From: Octopus bimaculoides
Taxonomy: Eukaryota
DNA length: 32,230 bases
Direction: 5' to 3'
NCBI RefSeq assembly: GCF_001194135.2
Contig: NC_068984.1
Coordinates: forward strand, 87,242,383 to 87,274,612
Part shown: piece by piece, positions 1 through 10,546 of the stretch
How the letters are laid out: the number at the start of each line of letters is the position of its first letter
Position numbering within the stretch: position 1 is the first letter of the stretch
Made by a program: the position numbers and the translations under genes
Notes under the pieces: model-generated
Seen by the model: the letters and a program-made list of their open reading frames with translations, nothing else
Told to the model about the DNA's origin: nothing
The model's database searches: none

Positions 1-215
1 TACGTAAAATACTGTCTATGTGATCTCAAATTTTAAAGCAAACACATAATTTTCTTATGGTTTCTTAAACATTCACTTGAACAAAACTGTACAAATCCAA
101 ATATATGGTACCCTAGGCATAACACCTACATGAACTTCTAACTTGTTGTCTCTTGAGGTCTCTGGGTGAGACTTGGATCCAACTTGTACAAATGCAAAAC
201 AAAAGTCAAACATAA
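1..215 (+). mobile_element. 3' end of an R4/Dong-like non-LTR retrotransposon (last codons, 3' UTR, TAA tail)
   Basis: Nt 3-23 read RKILSM*, resembling the ILKRILSH* end of the Dong-like ORF at 2881-3087. About 190 nt of UTR follow, then (AAT)n. Confidence 0.5.
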
Positions 216-257
<42 letters not shown>

Positions 258-272
258 TATTATTATTATAAT
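216..272. repeat. (AAT)n switching to (ATT)n microsatellite
   Basis: Direct reading. Source of the poly-Ile ORFs 138..401 and 166..417. Confidence 0.95.
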
Positions 273-807
273 TTCAGCTGAGCAGATCTCCTGCTTCACA
301 TTACTGAAGGCCTTTTCGAAACCCTCATTCGGTAGCATTCCAAAAAGAATATTTTTGAGTGGCAGATGTATACCACCGTCCTTTTTTTCTCTTCCCTTCA
401 ATAATTTTGTGGATTAAGAAACATAGTCTTTGGTGACGTGTCTCGACAATTGTTTTGCCTTTTCCGACAACAGAGAAAGATCCAAAATCATGGAGTTAAC
501 AAAAGCCAGTAAAGTTGCAGTTAGGGTTTTCCTCTTTCCTTAGTATCTTGGTCCACGTTGTCACCAGTATTGCCATTGTTGCTACCAGTATTGTCATTGT
601 GATGCTGGAGTAGGGCGCTTTGAAACCGAAAGTAGAAGACTGTATGAAGAGAAGAGAAGAAGTCGTTATTAACCCCTGAGGCCGTTGTTCAGGATCACCT
701 TGAATGGTAATAAAAGAATTATTAAACTAAAAACTCGGTCTGGTACCTTATTTATACATAAAATACGACAATTAGCCGTTATTTTTGACGGCACGGGGCC
801 AGCTAGT

Positions 808-897
808 GATAATAATAATCCTTTTTTCTATAGACACGAGGCTTGAAATTTTCGTGGCAGGGGATTGCCGATTACATCAAACCCAGTACTTGACTGC
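808..897 (-). mobile_element. tRNA-derived SINE (octopus-type), 3' fragment
   Basis: Reverse tail taataataatcc, then ...gattacatcaaacccagtacttgactg, matching the other SINE copies in the window. Confidence 0.7.
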
Positions 898-900
898 TAT

Positions 901-2020
901 AACAACAACAACAACAACAGTAATAATAATAACAACAATGGTCACTCCCGTCAGTTTCGATGTATGATTGCTGAAGGAGAGGACTCAAAGCTACAGATAG
1001 TAATAGGATAGAAAAAACACTAAGAAGCTGCATCTATTTGCGATGGATGCATGAATGTAATTTCAGTCCAGGTATGGATTTTGCTACGTAGTCGTAATGG
1101 GGACATTGATGATTTTGATTTTGCCTGGGATTGGGCTAGTGTGTCTGTTGACTGCAGAATATAGTTCTTCTGTGGTTCTTTTTCTTCAACTCAAATTGTT
1201 TGGATGCATCATAACACATTTTACGCCATGTAGATCGATCTAGGTAATGACTTTCCCAAAATGTCAAGTTAAGATTTTAGTGATTGCTTCAACTTATACT
1301 TAAGGAGAGGTCTTCCTTTGCCGCGATATCCCTCTACTTGTTGGCTACAAGGAAGAATTTTCGGAATGCGGTCAGTTTTCATTCGAACAACATGTCCTGC
1401 CCATCTGTATTGAATTCTTATCTGCGTGCTTTGGATACTAAGATTTTATGTTGCGTATGTTGCGCAAATAGCACATATAGAAGGTTCCAAGTTACTTTAT
1501 ATGTGTGTAGTAGGGCGTCTATGCTTCTGTCCTTTGCAAAAGTGGGCTCAAAATACAAGATTTGTATACACTCATTTTAGTTTTCAGACTGACATCGTGT
1601 TCATCCCACAAACGATGAGCAATTCTTCCAAAGATATTTGCAGCCTTAGCTATTCTAACATTGATTTCATCATCATGAGTACTCTTACAGTTTACTGCAC
1701 TTCCAAGATATTTAAACGATCCATTTGAGTGGTTTGTTGTTTATCATCACGTTTGAGTCTTGAGTATGTCCTGCCCTAGGCCTGGGATGGAATAAAACTT
1801 CAGTCATTTTGATACTTATCGTCAGTCCAAATGCATGAGCTGCCGCAGAAAACCTGTTAACCGTTTCCTGAATTCCCTCAAATGTGAGAGAAATCAAAGC
1901 ACAATCATCAACAAACAGAAAGTCACACAGGATCTCTTCCTTGGTCTTTTTCCCTTTCAGGTTTAATAGACCTCCTTCTGTGTGAAACTGGAATTTTATT
2001 CTTTCATGGTAATCCCTGAA
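901..2020 (-). mobile_element. RTE-clade LINE, 3' fragment (RT domains 5-7, C-terminus, 3' UTR, (TTG/TTA)n tail), pseudogenised
   Basis: Minus translation gives CDFLFVDDCALIS...RFSAAAHAFGLTISIKMTEV...FKYLGS...RWAGHVVRM...GRP, with stops and frameshifts. Simple-repeat tail at 901-937. Confidence 0.85.
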
Positions 2021-2023
2021 ATA

Positions 2024-2034
2024 AAATAATAATG

Positions 2035-2093
<59 letters not shown>
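2024..2093. repeat. (AAT)n microsatellite
   Basis: Direct reading. Produces the poly-Leu run in ORF 1712..2347. Confidence 0.95.
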
Positions 2094-2095
<2 letters not shown>

Positions 2096-3178
2096 CACAT
2101 CAATACACCCCAAGAGTGATGTGTCAAGGTTGTATGTAAAGAGGAAAGAAGGAGGACGGGGATTGGTGTGTTGTGAAGGTTGTGTAATGGAAGAGGAGAA
2201 TAGCCTGGCTTGGTATGTCAAAGGGGTTAAAGAAGAAATGACTGTAGCAGTGAAAATGCAGGGAATCTTAAAAGTGAACAAAAACGTAGATCCAACACGA
2301 TTTAAGAAAGACCAGAAAGAGCACACAAAGAAAATTTGGCAGGACAAGAAAATGCACAGTCAGTTCTTGAAGAATAAAGATGAGATTGATTAGAATAGAA
2401 CCTGGCAATGGCTGCAGAAAGGAGACTTAAAAGGGCCCACTGAGGTATTAGTGTGCAGTGCTCAAGAACAAGCTCTCAGAAAAAAACTACTACAAATATC
2501 ACATTGATAACAGCACTGACTCGCCACAGTGTAGGATTTGCTCTGAGAAGGGAGAAAGTATAAGTCATATTGTTAGTGAGTGCTGTAAGCTCATACAACG
2601 CGAATACAAAAGGAGACACGACAATGTGGCCAGATATGTCCACTGGCTGTTGTGCGGTAAAGCAAATCTCGAGAGAGCCGAACAATGGTATGAACACAAG
2701 CCAAAAGGAGTAATGGAAAACGAACATTACAAGATATTCTGGGATTTTAACATACAGTACGACCAAATCATAGAGGCGAGACGACGAGATGTCGTGATCA
2801 TCCATAAAGATGAAAAAGAAGCAAAGATAACAGATGTTGTAATAATTCGAGGGTAAAATGTAAGGAAACAGAAAAAAAAATTGAGAAATACCAGCCACGA
2901 GATAGGAAAGTTATGGGGCATGAGGAAAGTAATGGTGATACCAGTGGTAATTGGAGCATTAGGAGCAGTTTCCAAGAGCTTTATAAAACATATTAAAAAT
3001 ATTGGAGCTGCTGTCAGGCTCGAAGTGACCCAGAAGGCAACATTGTTGGGTTCAGCTTGCATTCTAAAGAGAATATTGTCTCATTGAGTCACAGGAGAAG
3101 GCACTACTCGAAACCTTTGGTGATTTGTTATTGCCTGCTTTCAAGTAAAGAACAACCGCTAAAAGAACAGCGAGAGTA
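2094..3178 (+). mobile_element. 5'-truncated R4/Dong-clade RLE non-LTR retrotransposon (post-RT region, CCHC knuckle, restriction-like endonuclease, 3' UTR)
   Basis: HPKSDVSRLYVKRKEGGRGL; zinc knuckle CRICSEKGESISHIVSEC; YKRRHDNVARYVHW; KIFWDFNIQ; RRDVVII (degenerate PD..D); VIPVVIGALGAV; ends ILKRILSH*. Broken by stops and frameshifts. Confidence 0.85.
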
Positions 3179-3197
3179 AAAACAACAACAGCAGCAG

Positions 3198-3228
<31 letters not shown>
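3179..3228. repeat. (AAC/AGC)n microsatellite at the 3' end of the Dong-like element
   Basis: Direct reading. Confidence 0.9.
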
Positions 3229-3229
3229 A

Positions 3230-3380
3230 ACGATAGACACAAGGCCTGGAATTTTGTGGGAGGAGACTAGTCGATTACATCGACCCTAGTGTTTCCCTGA
3301 AAGGCAAAGTCGACCTCAGCAGAATTTGAACTCAGAATGTAAAGAGGGCGAAATACCGCTAAGCATTTTGCCCGGCGTGC

Positions 3381-3382
<2 letters not shown>
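3230..3382 (-). mobile_element. tRNA-derived SINE copy with internal deletion
   Basis: Contains aaaggcaaagtcgacctcagcagaatttgaactcag (reverse B box GAGTTCAAATTC) and head gcattttgcccggcgtgctaa. Confidence 0.8.
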
Positions 3383-3417
<35 letters not shown>

Positions 3418-3814
3418 CCTTTCTACAATGGGTACAGGGTCTGAAATCTTTGTGGGGAGGTGGTAAGTCGATCACATCAACCCCAGTACATCACTGGTGC
3501 TTAATTTATCGACTCCGAAAGGATGAAAGATAAAGTCGACCTCGGCGGAATTTGACTCAGAACGTAGCTGCAGACGAAATACCTATTTCCTTATTGCCCA
3601 CAAGGGGCTAAACATAGAGGGAACAGACAAGAACAGACGAACGGATTAAGTCGATTACATCGACCCCAGTGCGTAACTGGTACTTAATTTATCGACCCCG
3701 AAAGGATGAAAGGCAAAGTCGACCTCGGCGGAATTTGAACTCAGAACGTAACGGCAGACGAAATACCGCTAAGCATTTCGTCCGGCGTGCTAACAATTCT
3801 GCCAGCTCACCGCC

Positions 3815-3815
<1 letters not shown>
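3383..3815 (-). mobile_element. Dimeric/compound SINE (core duplicated) with (TTA)n tail
   Basis: Core gtcga..catc..cccagt...gaaaggatgaaag..aaagtcgacctcggcggaatttga..cagaacgta...gacgaaatac occurs twice (~3467-3582 and ~3650-3767). There is a single head ending cagctcaccgcctt. Confidence 0.8.
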
Positions 3816-3891
<76 letters not shown>

Positions 3892-4019
3892 CCTTTCTAC
3901 TATAGGCACAAGGCTCGAAATTCTGGGGCAGGGGACTAGTCGATTACATCGACCCTAGTGTTTAACAGGTACTTATTTTCATCGACCCCCAAAAGAACGA
4001 AAGGCAAAGTCGGTCTTGG
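3816..4019 (-). mobile_element. 5'-truncated SINE with long (TTA)n tail (3816-3890)
   Basis: tcctttctactataggcacaagg...gtcgattacatcgaccctagtg...aaaggcaaagtcgg. Confidence 0.8.
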
Positions 4020-4142
4020 CTGAATGTTGTTGCTGCTATTTGTATGTATGTCGTTATTTAGTTTTATTTCAAGACCTCATACCAACAGAGAAAGATCCAA
4101 GGCTCCTTCATTGGAATTTCAATAACATCAACAAGGTATTTT

Positions 4143-4162
4143 TGTATGTATGTATGTATGTA

Positions 4163-4201
<39 letters not shown>
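4143..4201. repeat. (TATG)n-(TG)n microsatellite
   Basis: Direct reading. Confidence 0.9.
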
Positions 4202-4205
<4 letters not shown>

Positions 4206-4483
4206 ATTTATATGTTTATATATTCTCATGCATATAGTTATATGTTTGGATATGCTCATATACTTAAATGATAAACTGAAAAGTTTTACAGATTTTTACA
4301 GTTCCAGTGATGGCTTGAGTCTGTAAGTCTTTGAATCAGCTTTCTCCTTACTAGTTTTGAGAAGCCTAATTTCTTAAGACTGGTAATGTGCTTCATGTCT
4401 CAGTGTCCTAATAATTACAGGTATAAACCTGAAGTTGTAATCTGGGTAGAGTAACTGTAGATTTCCCAACAGATGTATGTATT

Positions 4484-4626
4484 ATGTATGTATGTATGTA
4501 TGTATGTATGTATGTATGTGTGTATGTATGTATGTACGTACGTACGTATGTATGTATGTATGTATGTATGTATGTACGTATGTATGTATGTATGTATGTA
4601 TGTATGTCTGTATGTAATATATGTAT
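4484..4626. repeat. (TATG)n microsatellite
   Basis: Direct reading. Explains the MYVC-repeat ORF. Confidence 0.95.
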
Positions 4627-4714
4627 GTTTGTTCTCTTTCTATTTCTAATTTCTGCCGTTTCTACCTACCAAATTCCAATTACGAGGCAATGATCAATCC
4701 TAAATCTATAAAGT

Positions 4715-4790
4715 GTTATTCAGTGGCATCGAACCCGGAAGTACATGTTTACAAAGTGTACTTTCTTATTACACAATCACACCAGTTAGT
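4715..4790 (-). mobile_element. Degenerate tRNA-like SINE head (second SINE family)
   Basis: Reverse complement contains ttccgggttcgatgccactg (B box). Confidence 0.45.
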
Positions 4791-4999
4791 AGGTGATCTT
4801 CCTGTTGCTCATCTTACATGAAAAGACGTATCTACTGCTCTTGCCACTTACTCATCCTATTTTGGCAAGGAGGTCGGGGTACTTAGTGCAATGCTAGCAA
4901 TGCTATATCGTAACTGTATGTCATTGTAAAAACATCCTGCTCCTCTCCTCCTTCTTCTTCGTCTCCTCCTCATCATCAACATCGTCAACCTTATTATGG

Positions 5000-5128
5000 T
5001 GGCCGTGGAAAACATAACTGGTAGAGCGCTGAACAAATGCCCTGCTGTATTTACTTCCGGCTCTTTACATTTTGAGTTCGAATCCTGCCGATGTCAACTT
5101 TGCCTTCCCGAGATTGATAAAATAAAGT
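5000..5128 (+). mobile_element. Degenerate SINE
   Basis: B box gagttcgaatcc followed by gatgtcaactttgcctt...gataaaataaagta. Confidence 0.65.
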
Positions 5129-5310
5129 AAGATTACTTGCTTGTAGGCTTTTTAGTAAAACAGTTTAATTTCAAGCCACGTAGTTCCAGGTTTGCGCAGT
5201 ACTTTGAGTAAGTGTTTTCTACTATGGGTCACGGGGATAGGCAACACGTCGTGAATGGAATTAGAGGCCTGTGTGTGTATATGTGCGTATTTATGTACAC
5301 ACATACATAA
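5129..5310 (+). mobile_element. Degenerate SINE of the second family (copy A of a local duplication)
   Basis: gtagttccaggttt...gagtaagtgttttctactat...gtgaatggaattag, ending in (TG)n. Paralogous to 8231-8417. Confidence 0.6.
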
Positions 5311-5334
5311 CAAATTTGAGCCTATATTAGTAAT

Positions 5335-5750
5335 AATAGTTTCTGTTTTAGGAACAAACCCAGCAAGTTTCAAGGGAGGGGCTTGTTGATTCAACAACTC
5401 CAGTACTTGACAAGTAGTAGAGAAATAAAAAAGTAAAGTTCATCACAACGGTATTTGAACTCAGAACGTAAGGCGGATGAAATGCTACTAAACAGTTAGT
5501 CTGGCGGACTAACGATTCTGCTGGCTCGCCGCCCTAGTAATAATCATTTCTACTAAAGGCATAAAGCTTTACATTTTGTGGGAGGGGACTAGTCGATTAC
5601 ATCGACCACAGTGTTACACTGACAATTTATCGGCCCCGAAAGAATGAAAGTTAAAGACCTCAGCAGAATTTGAACGCAAAGCGCGAAGACGGACGAAATG
5701 CCGATATGTATTTTGCCCGGCGTGCTAACGATTCTGCCAGCTCGCCGCCT
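5335..5750 (-). mobile_element. Two head-to-tail SINE copies (5335-5535, 5536-5750)
   Basis: Each has atttgaac..ag..cg (reverse B box) and ends in the head ...ctgccagctcgccgcctt or ...ctgctggctcgccgccct. Confidence 0.75.
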
Positions 5751-5839
5751 TAGTAACAATCTTTTCTATTATAGGCACAAGGCTTGAAATGTATGTGGGG
5801 AGGGGGTAGTCGATTACACCGACCCCAGTACTCAACTGG

Positions 5840-7275
5840 GGATCTTTACCCTTTAAACGGCACATCGAGAAATTAATTTTTTGTAACTAAACACTTTCAA
5901 ACTTCGGTCACTAGTAGAATATGTTATATAAAACATCTTTTACTCTTAGTGCTGTTGAGAAAAGTTTGTATTTCAAAGTTATTTCATTTTAAAGTTGTCG
6001 TATTTCGGTAATTTCAACCAATCAATGACGTGTATTCAGCTGAATAAAATTACTGCTGTTGTTTGTCAACAACAACTTCCGGTGGTGTATATTTCGTTTG
6101 TCACTGTTATTTATGACATATTTCATCTCAGTTACGTTTGTATGAATAAACGAGTGTATCAGAAGCATGTTTACTTCATGGCACCACCACAATCGTTCTT
6201 GCATTTCTAATGCTTTTAGTGTGTTTTTTCTGCTTTTCAGCTACTATTTTCAGAAAAATATCTTCCCCCCTCCCCACTCCAATTTCTTCATTTTTCACAT
6301 TTTCCCGTAACTCTAACCCTAATATCCCAACCCTAACCCTAACCTTTAAACCCCAACCCTGATGCTGTCATCATATCGATTCTTCCTATTTTCTGGAGCT
6401 TAACTCAATGCTAGCAGTCTAAATCATTCAGTCACTCCTCTAAATTATGACTATGCCTATGTCAGCAAAAATTAAGAGCCTTTTCTTTTTCATCATTATT
6501 GGTGGTAGAGCTTTGGCAGAGACGTTAGTGCCTCGCACTAACCCTAAAATTTTGACACTAACTCAAAAACCCTAACCCTAAAACTCTAACCCTAGCCCTA
6601 ACCCTAACCCTAACTTTAAAACCCTAACCCTAACCTAACCCTAAAACTCTAACCCTAACCCTAACTCTAAAACCCTATCCCTAACCCTAAAACTCTAACC
6701 CTAACCCTAACCCTAACCCTAACTTTAAAACCCTAACCCTAACCTAACCCTAAAACTCTAACCCTAACCCTAACTCTAAAACCCTATCCCTAACCCTAAA
6801 ACCCTAACCCTGACCCTAAAACCCTAACCCTAACCCTAACTCTAAAACCCGAACCCTAAACCTAACCCTAAAACCTTAACCCCAACTCTAAAACCCTATC
6901 CTTAACCCTAAAACTCTAACCCTGACCCTAAAACTCTAACCCTAACCCGAACCCTAATCCTTAAACCCCAAAGCTAAAACCAGTACAAACGCACGAACGA
7001 TGTCATAAATAACAGTGACAAACGAAATATACACCGCCGATAGTTGTTGACAAACAACGGCAGTAATTTTATTCAGCTGAATACACGGCATTGATTGGTT
7101 GAAATTACAGAAATACAACTTTAACACGAAATAACTTTGAAAATATAAACTTTTCTCAACACCACTAAGAATAAAAGATGTTTTATATGATACATTCTAC
7201 CATGGTCCGAAGTTTGAAAGTGTTTAGTTACAAAAAATTAATTTCTCGATGTGCCGTTCAAAAGGAAAAGATTCC
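5840..7275. mobile_element. Non-autonomous foldback DNA transposon (Merlin-like), ~280-bp TIRs, 8-bp TSD, internal telomeric array
   Basis: TIRs 5840-6119 and 7000-7275 (GGATCTTTACCCTTTAAACGGCACATCGAG... / ...CTCGATGTGCCGTTCAAAAGGAAAAGATTCC), roughly 85-90% identical by eye. TSD TCAACTGG at 5832-5839 and 7276-7283. Confidence 0.9.
6310..6980 (+). repeat. Interstitial telomeric-like (CCCTAA)n array with variants, interrupted at 6359-6537
   Basis: Direct reading: aaccctaaccct..., with variants ctctaa, ctaaaa, ccctat, ccctga. Confidence 0.95.
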
Positions 7276-7420
7276 TCAACTGGTACTTAATTCATCGACC
7301 CCGAAAGGATGAAAAGTAAAATCGACCTCAGCACAATTTGAACTTACACCGTAGCGATGGGCGAAATACTGGTAAGCATTTCTTTCAGCGTGCTAACAAT
7401 TCTGCCAGCTCACCGCCTTG

Positions 7421-8086
7421 CGCCTTAGTAATAATAATAACCCTTTCTACTCTAGGCACAAAACTAGTAGTTTTTGAGGGAAGGGGAAAGTCGACTACAT
7501 GACTGGCACTTACTTTATCGACTCCGAAAAGATAAAAGGCATAGTCGATCTCAGCGGAATTTGAGCTCAGAACGTTGAAGATGGCCAAAATGTCGCTATG
7601 CATTTTGTCCGGTGTGCTGCTAACGATTCTGTTAATTTATAACCTTCAATTATTTCTAACGTAGGCGCATGGCTTGACATTTCCTGAAAGAGTATAATCG
7701 AAAATATCGGTTTCCGATTTTGACACAAGGGCAACAATATCGGTGGAGTGGGGCGAGTCGATTGCATCGATTTCAGTGCTCAAATGGTGCTTATGTTATT
7801 GACTCCAAAAGGGTGAAAGGCAAAGTCAATCTCGGCGGAATTTGAACTCAGTACGTAAAGACGGACGAAATACCACAAATCATTTTTGCCCGGTGCGCTA
7901 ACGATTCTACCAGCTCGCCGCTTTAGTATAATAGATAATATCCACTCCAGTACTTGACTAGTAGTTTATTTAATCGAACCCTTTCAGGAGTTGATGATAA
8001 TGTTAACAATGGCCAATTTAAACTGAGAAAATAAAGTGTCGGAACTAAATACTGTGAGGCACTAACGTCTCTGCCAAAGCTCTACC
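7421..8086 (-). mobile_element. Three further head-to-tail degenerate SINE copies (~7421-7632, ~7640-7925, ~7926-8086)
   Basis: Repeated ...aaggc(a)aagtc..tctc(g/a)gcggaatttga.ctcag.acgt... cores. Heads ctaacgattct... and aacgtctctgccaaagctctacc. Confidence 0.7.
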
Positions 8087-8230
8087 ATTTTTGCTGACAT
8101 ATGCATAGTCATAATTTAGAGGAGTGACTGAATGATTTAGACTGCAAGCATTGAGTTAAGTCCAGAAAATAGGAAGAATCGAAATGATGACAGCATCAGA
8201 TATACCGTTTCATTTATGATGTGTAGTGGG

Positions 8231-8417
8231 AAGATCACTTGCTTGTAGGTATGACGTTTTGGCAAAATACAAATCAATTCCAAGCTATGTAGTTCCGGGT
8301 TCACGCAGTACATTGCGTAAGTTCCTTCTACTATTAGTTACAGGGCTAGGCAACACGTCGTGAATGGAATTAGACGCCTGTGTGTTTATGTGTGTATTTA
8401 TGTACACACGCACACAT
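8231..8417 (+). mobile_element. Degenerate SINE of the second family (copy B of a local duplication)
   Basis: gtagttccgggttcacg...ttctactat...gtgaatggaattag. Shares 28 identical bp with 5238-5265. Confidence 0.6.
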
Positions 8418-8667
8418 CTTTTGCTTCAATTTCTTTTTTTCTTTCTTTCTTTCTTTCTTTCTTTATTTATTTATTCATTATTGTACTGCTTAACAGGTAA
8501 ACTTTTTGAAAAAAAATATACATTATCAAGATAATTTTGTAATTGTTATAATTTATTTTAGAACAATCCAGAAAATAATCATTATGACTGGTTTATAAAT
8601 CTGCTTGATAAGTGCCAACGCACGAAACTCTTGGTCCTTGAGTCACTCTCTAACTTCTGCCAATTAA

Positions 8668-8669
8668 TG

Positions 8670-8719
<50 letters not shown>

Positions 8720-8925
8720 CCTTTCTAATGTAGGCACAAGACCTGGAATTTGAAGGGAGGGTGATAGACGATCACATCGATCCCAGTACTTGAATGGCAC
8801 TTAATTTATCGACCCCAAAAGGATGAAAGGCAAAGTAGTCCTCGGTGGAATTTGAACGCAGATCGTAATGACGGACGAAATACCGCTAAGCATTTTGCAG
8901 GCGTGCAAACGATTCTGCCACCTCG
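8668..8925 (-). mobile_element. Near full-length SINE with (TTA)n tail
   Basis: Tail 8668-8718; core atttatcgaccccaaaaggatgaaaggcaaag; head gcgtgcaaacgattctgcca. Confidence 0.85.
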
Positions 8926-8928
8926 TCT

Positions 8929-9035
<107 letters not shown>

Positions 9036-9165
9036 TGACTGGATGGACAAGTATTGTGCAGTTTGATATATATTGTTACTACCAGAACCCTTTAGACCCA
9101 AAGTTCATTCAATCAGGATTAATCTGCAGTTAAACCAGTCACGGTACAATATTAATGTCCCCCAT

Positions 9166-9277
9166 AAGACGGCGAGCTGGCAGAAACGTTATGACGCCTG
9201 GCGAAATGCTTAGCAGTATTTCGTTTGTCTTTACGTTCTGAGTTCAAATTCCGCCGAGGTCGACTTTGCCTTTCATG
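9166..9277 (+). mobile_element. SINE 5' half with Pol III A/B boxes
   Basis: ggcgagctggcagaaacgtta (A-box-like) and gagttcaaattcc (B box). Confidence 0.85.
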
Positions 9278-9333
9278 CTTGAAACGGTCGTACTGATATC
9301 CTGTTGCCTATTTTGATCATATATATACTTTGA

Positions 9334-10205
<872 letters not shown>

Positions 10206-10233
10206 TATATACATACATACATACATACATACA

Positions 10234-10269
<36 letters not shown>

Positions 10270-10334
10270 TATGTATATATATATATACATACATACACAC
10301 ACGAACACACACATACAACCACACACACACTGAT

Positions 10335-10480
10335 GTTGGTGTGTTAGCGGTTCGGTCTAAGTATCCGATAAAATAAGTACCAGCCTTTAAAAATAAATCC
10401 TGGTGTCAATTTGTTCAACTAAAAACACATCAAGGCGGTGCCCCAGCATGGCTGCTGTCAAATGTCTGATGTAAGAAAAA
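10335..10480 (+). mobile_element. SINE fragment (subfamily with aaggcggtgccccagcatggc tail)
   Basis: gataaaataagtaccag core shared with the other SINEs, followed by caaggcggtgccccagcatggctgc.gtcaaatg.ctga. Confidence 0.6.
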
Positions 10481-10517
10481 TATACCCTGACACATCTATC
10501 CTCGCTTTGTTTTTTAT

Positions 10518-10546
10518 CTGATGAGGGACTGGAATCCGAAACGTTA
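10518..10546 (+). ncRNA. Minimal type I hammerhead-ribozyme-like core (Penelope-like element tail remnant)
   Basis: CTGATGA-GGG actggaa TCC-GAAA-CGT-T. Palindromic minimal stem III (ACGT); stem I poorly paired. Confidence 0.4.

Larger units (their letters stand above)
5751..7420 (-). mobile_element. SINE split in two (5751-5839 and 7276-7420) by a DNA transposon insertion
   Basis: Removing 5840-7283 restores gaccccagtactcaactggtacttaattcatcgaccccgaaagg, the contiguous SINE core. Confidence 0.85.

Noticed and set aside
138-417. ORFs with poly-Ile runs, and the similar MYVC/CVCV/IYIY/poly-Leu ORFs across the window
   Set aside because: They are translations of microsatellites that lack stop codons, not proteins.
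6310-6980. True chromosome end or telomere fusion site
   Set aside because: The array is degenerate, enclosed by TIRs and a TSD, and has no head-to-head TTAGGG/CCCTAA junction.
9166-9277. tRNA genes at A/B-box-containing sites
   Set aside because: No cloverleaf can be folded, and the sequences continue into SINE bodies.
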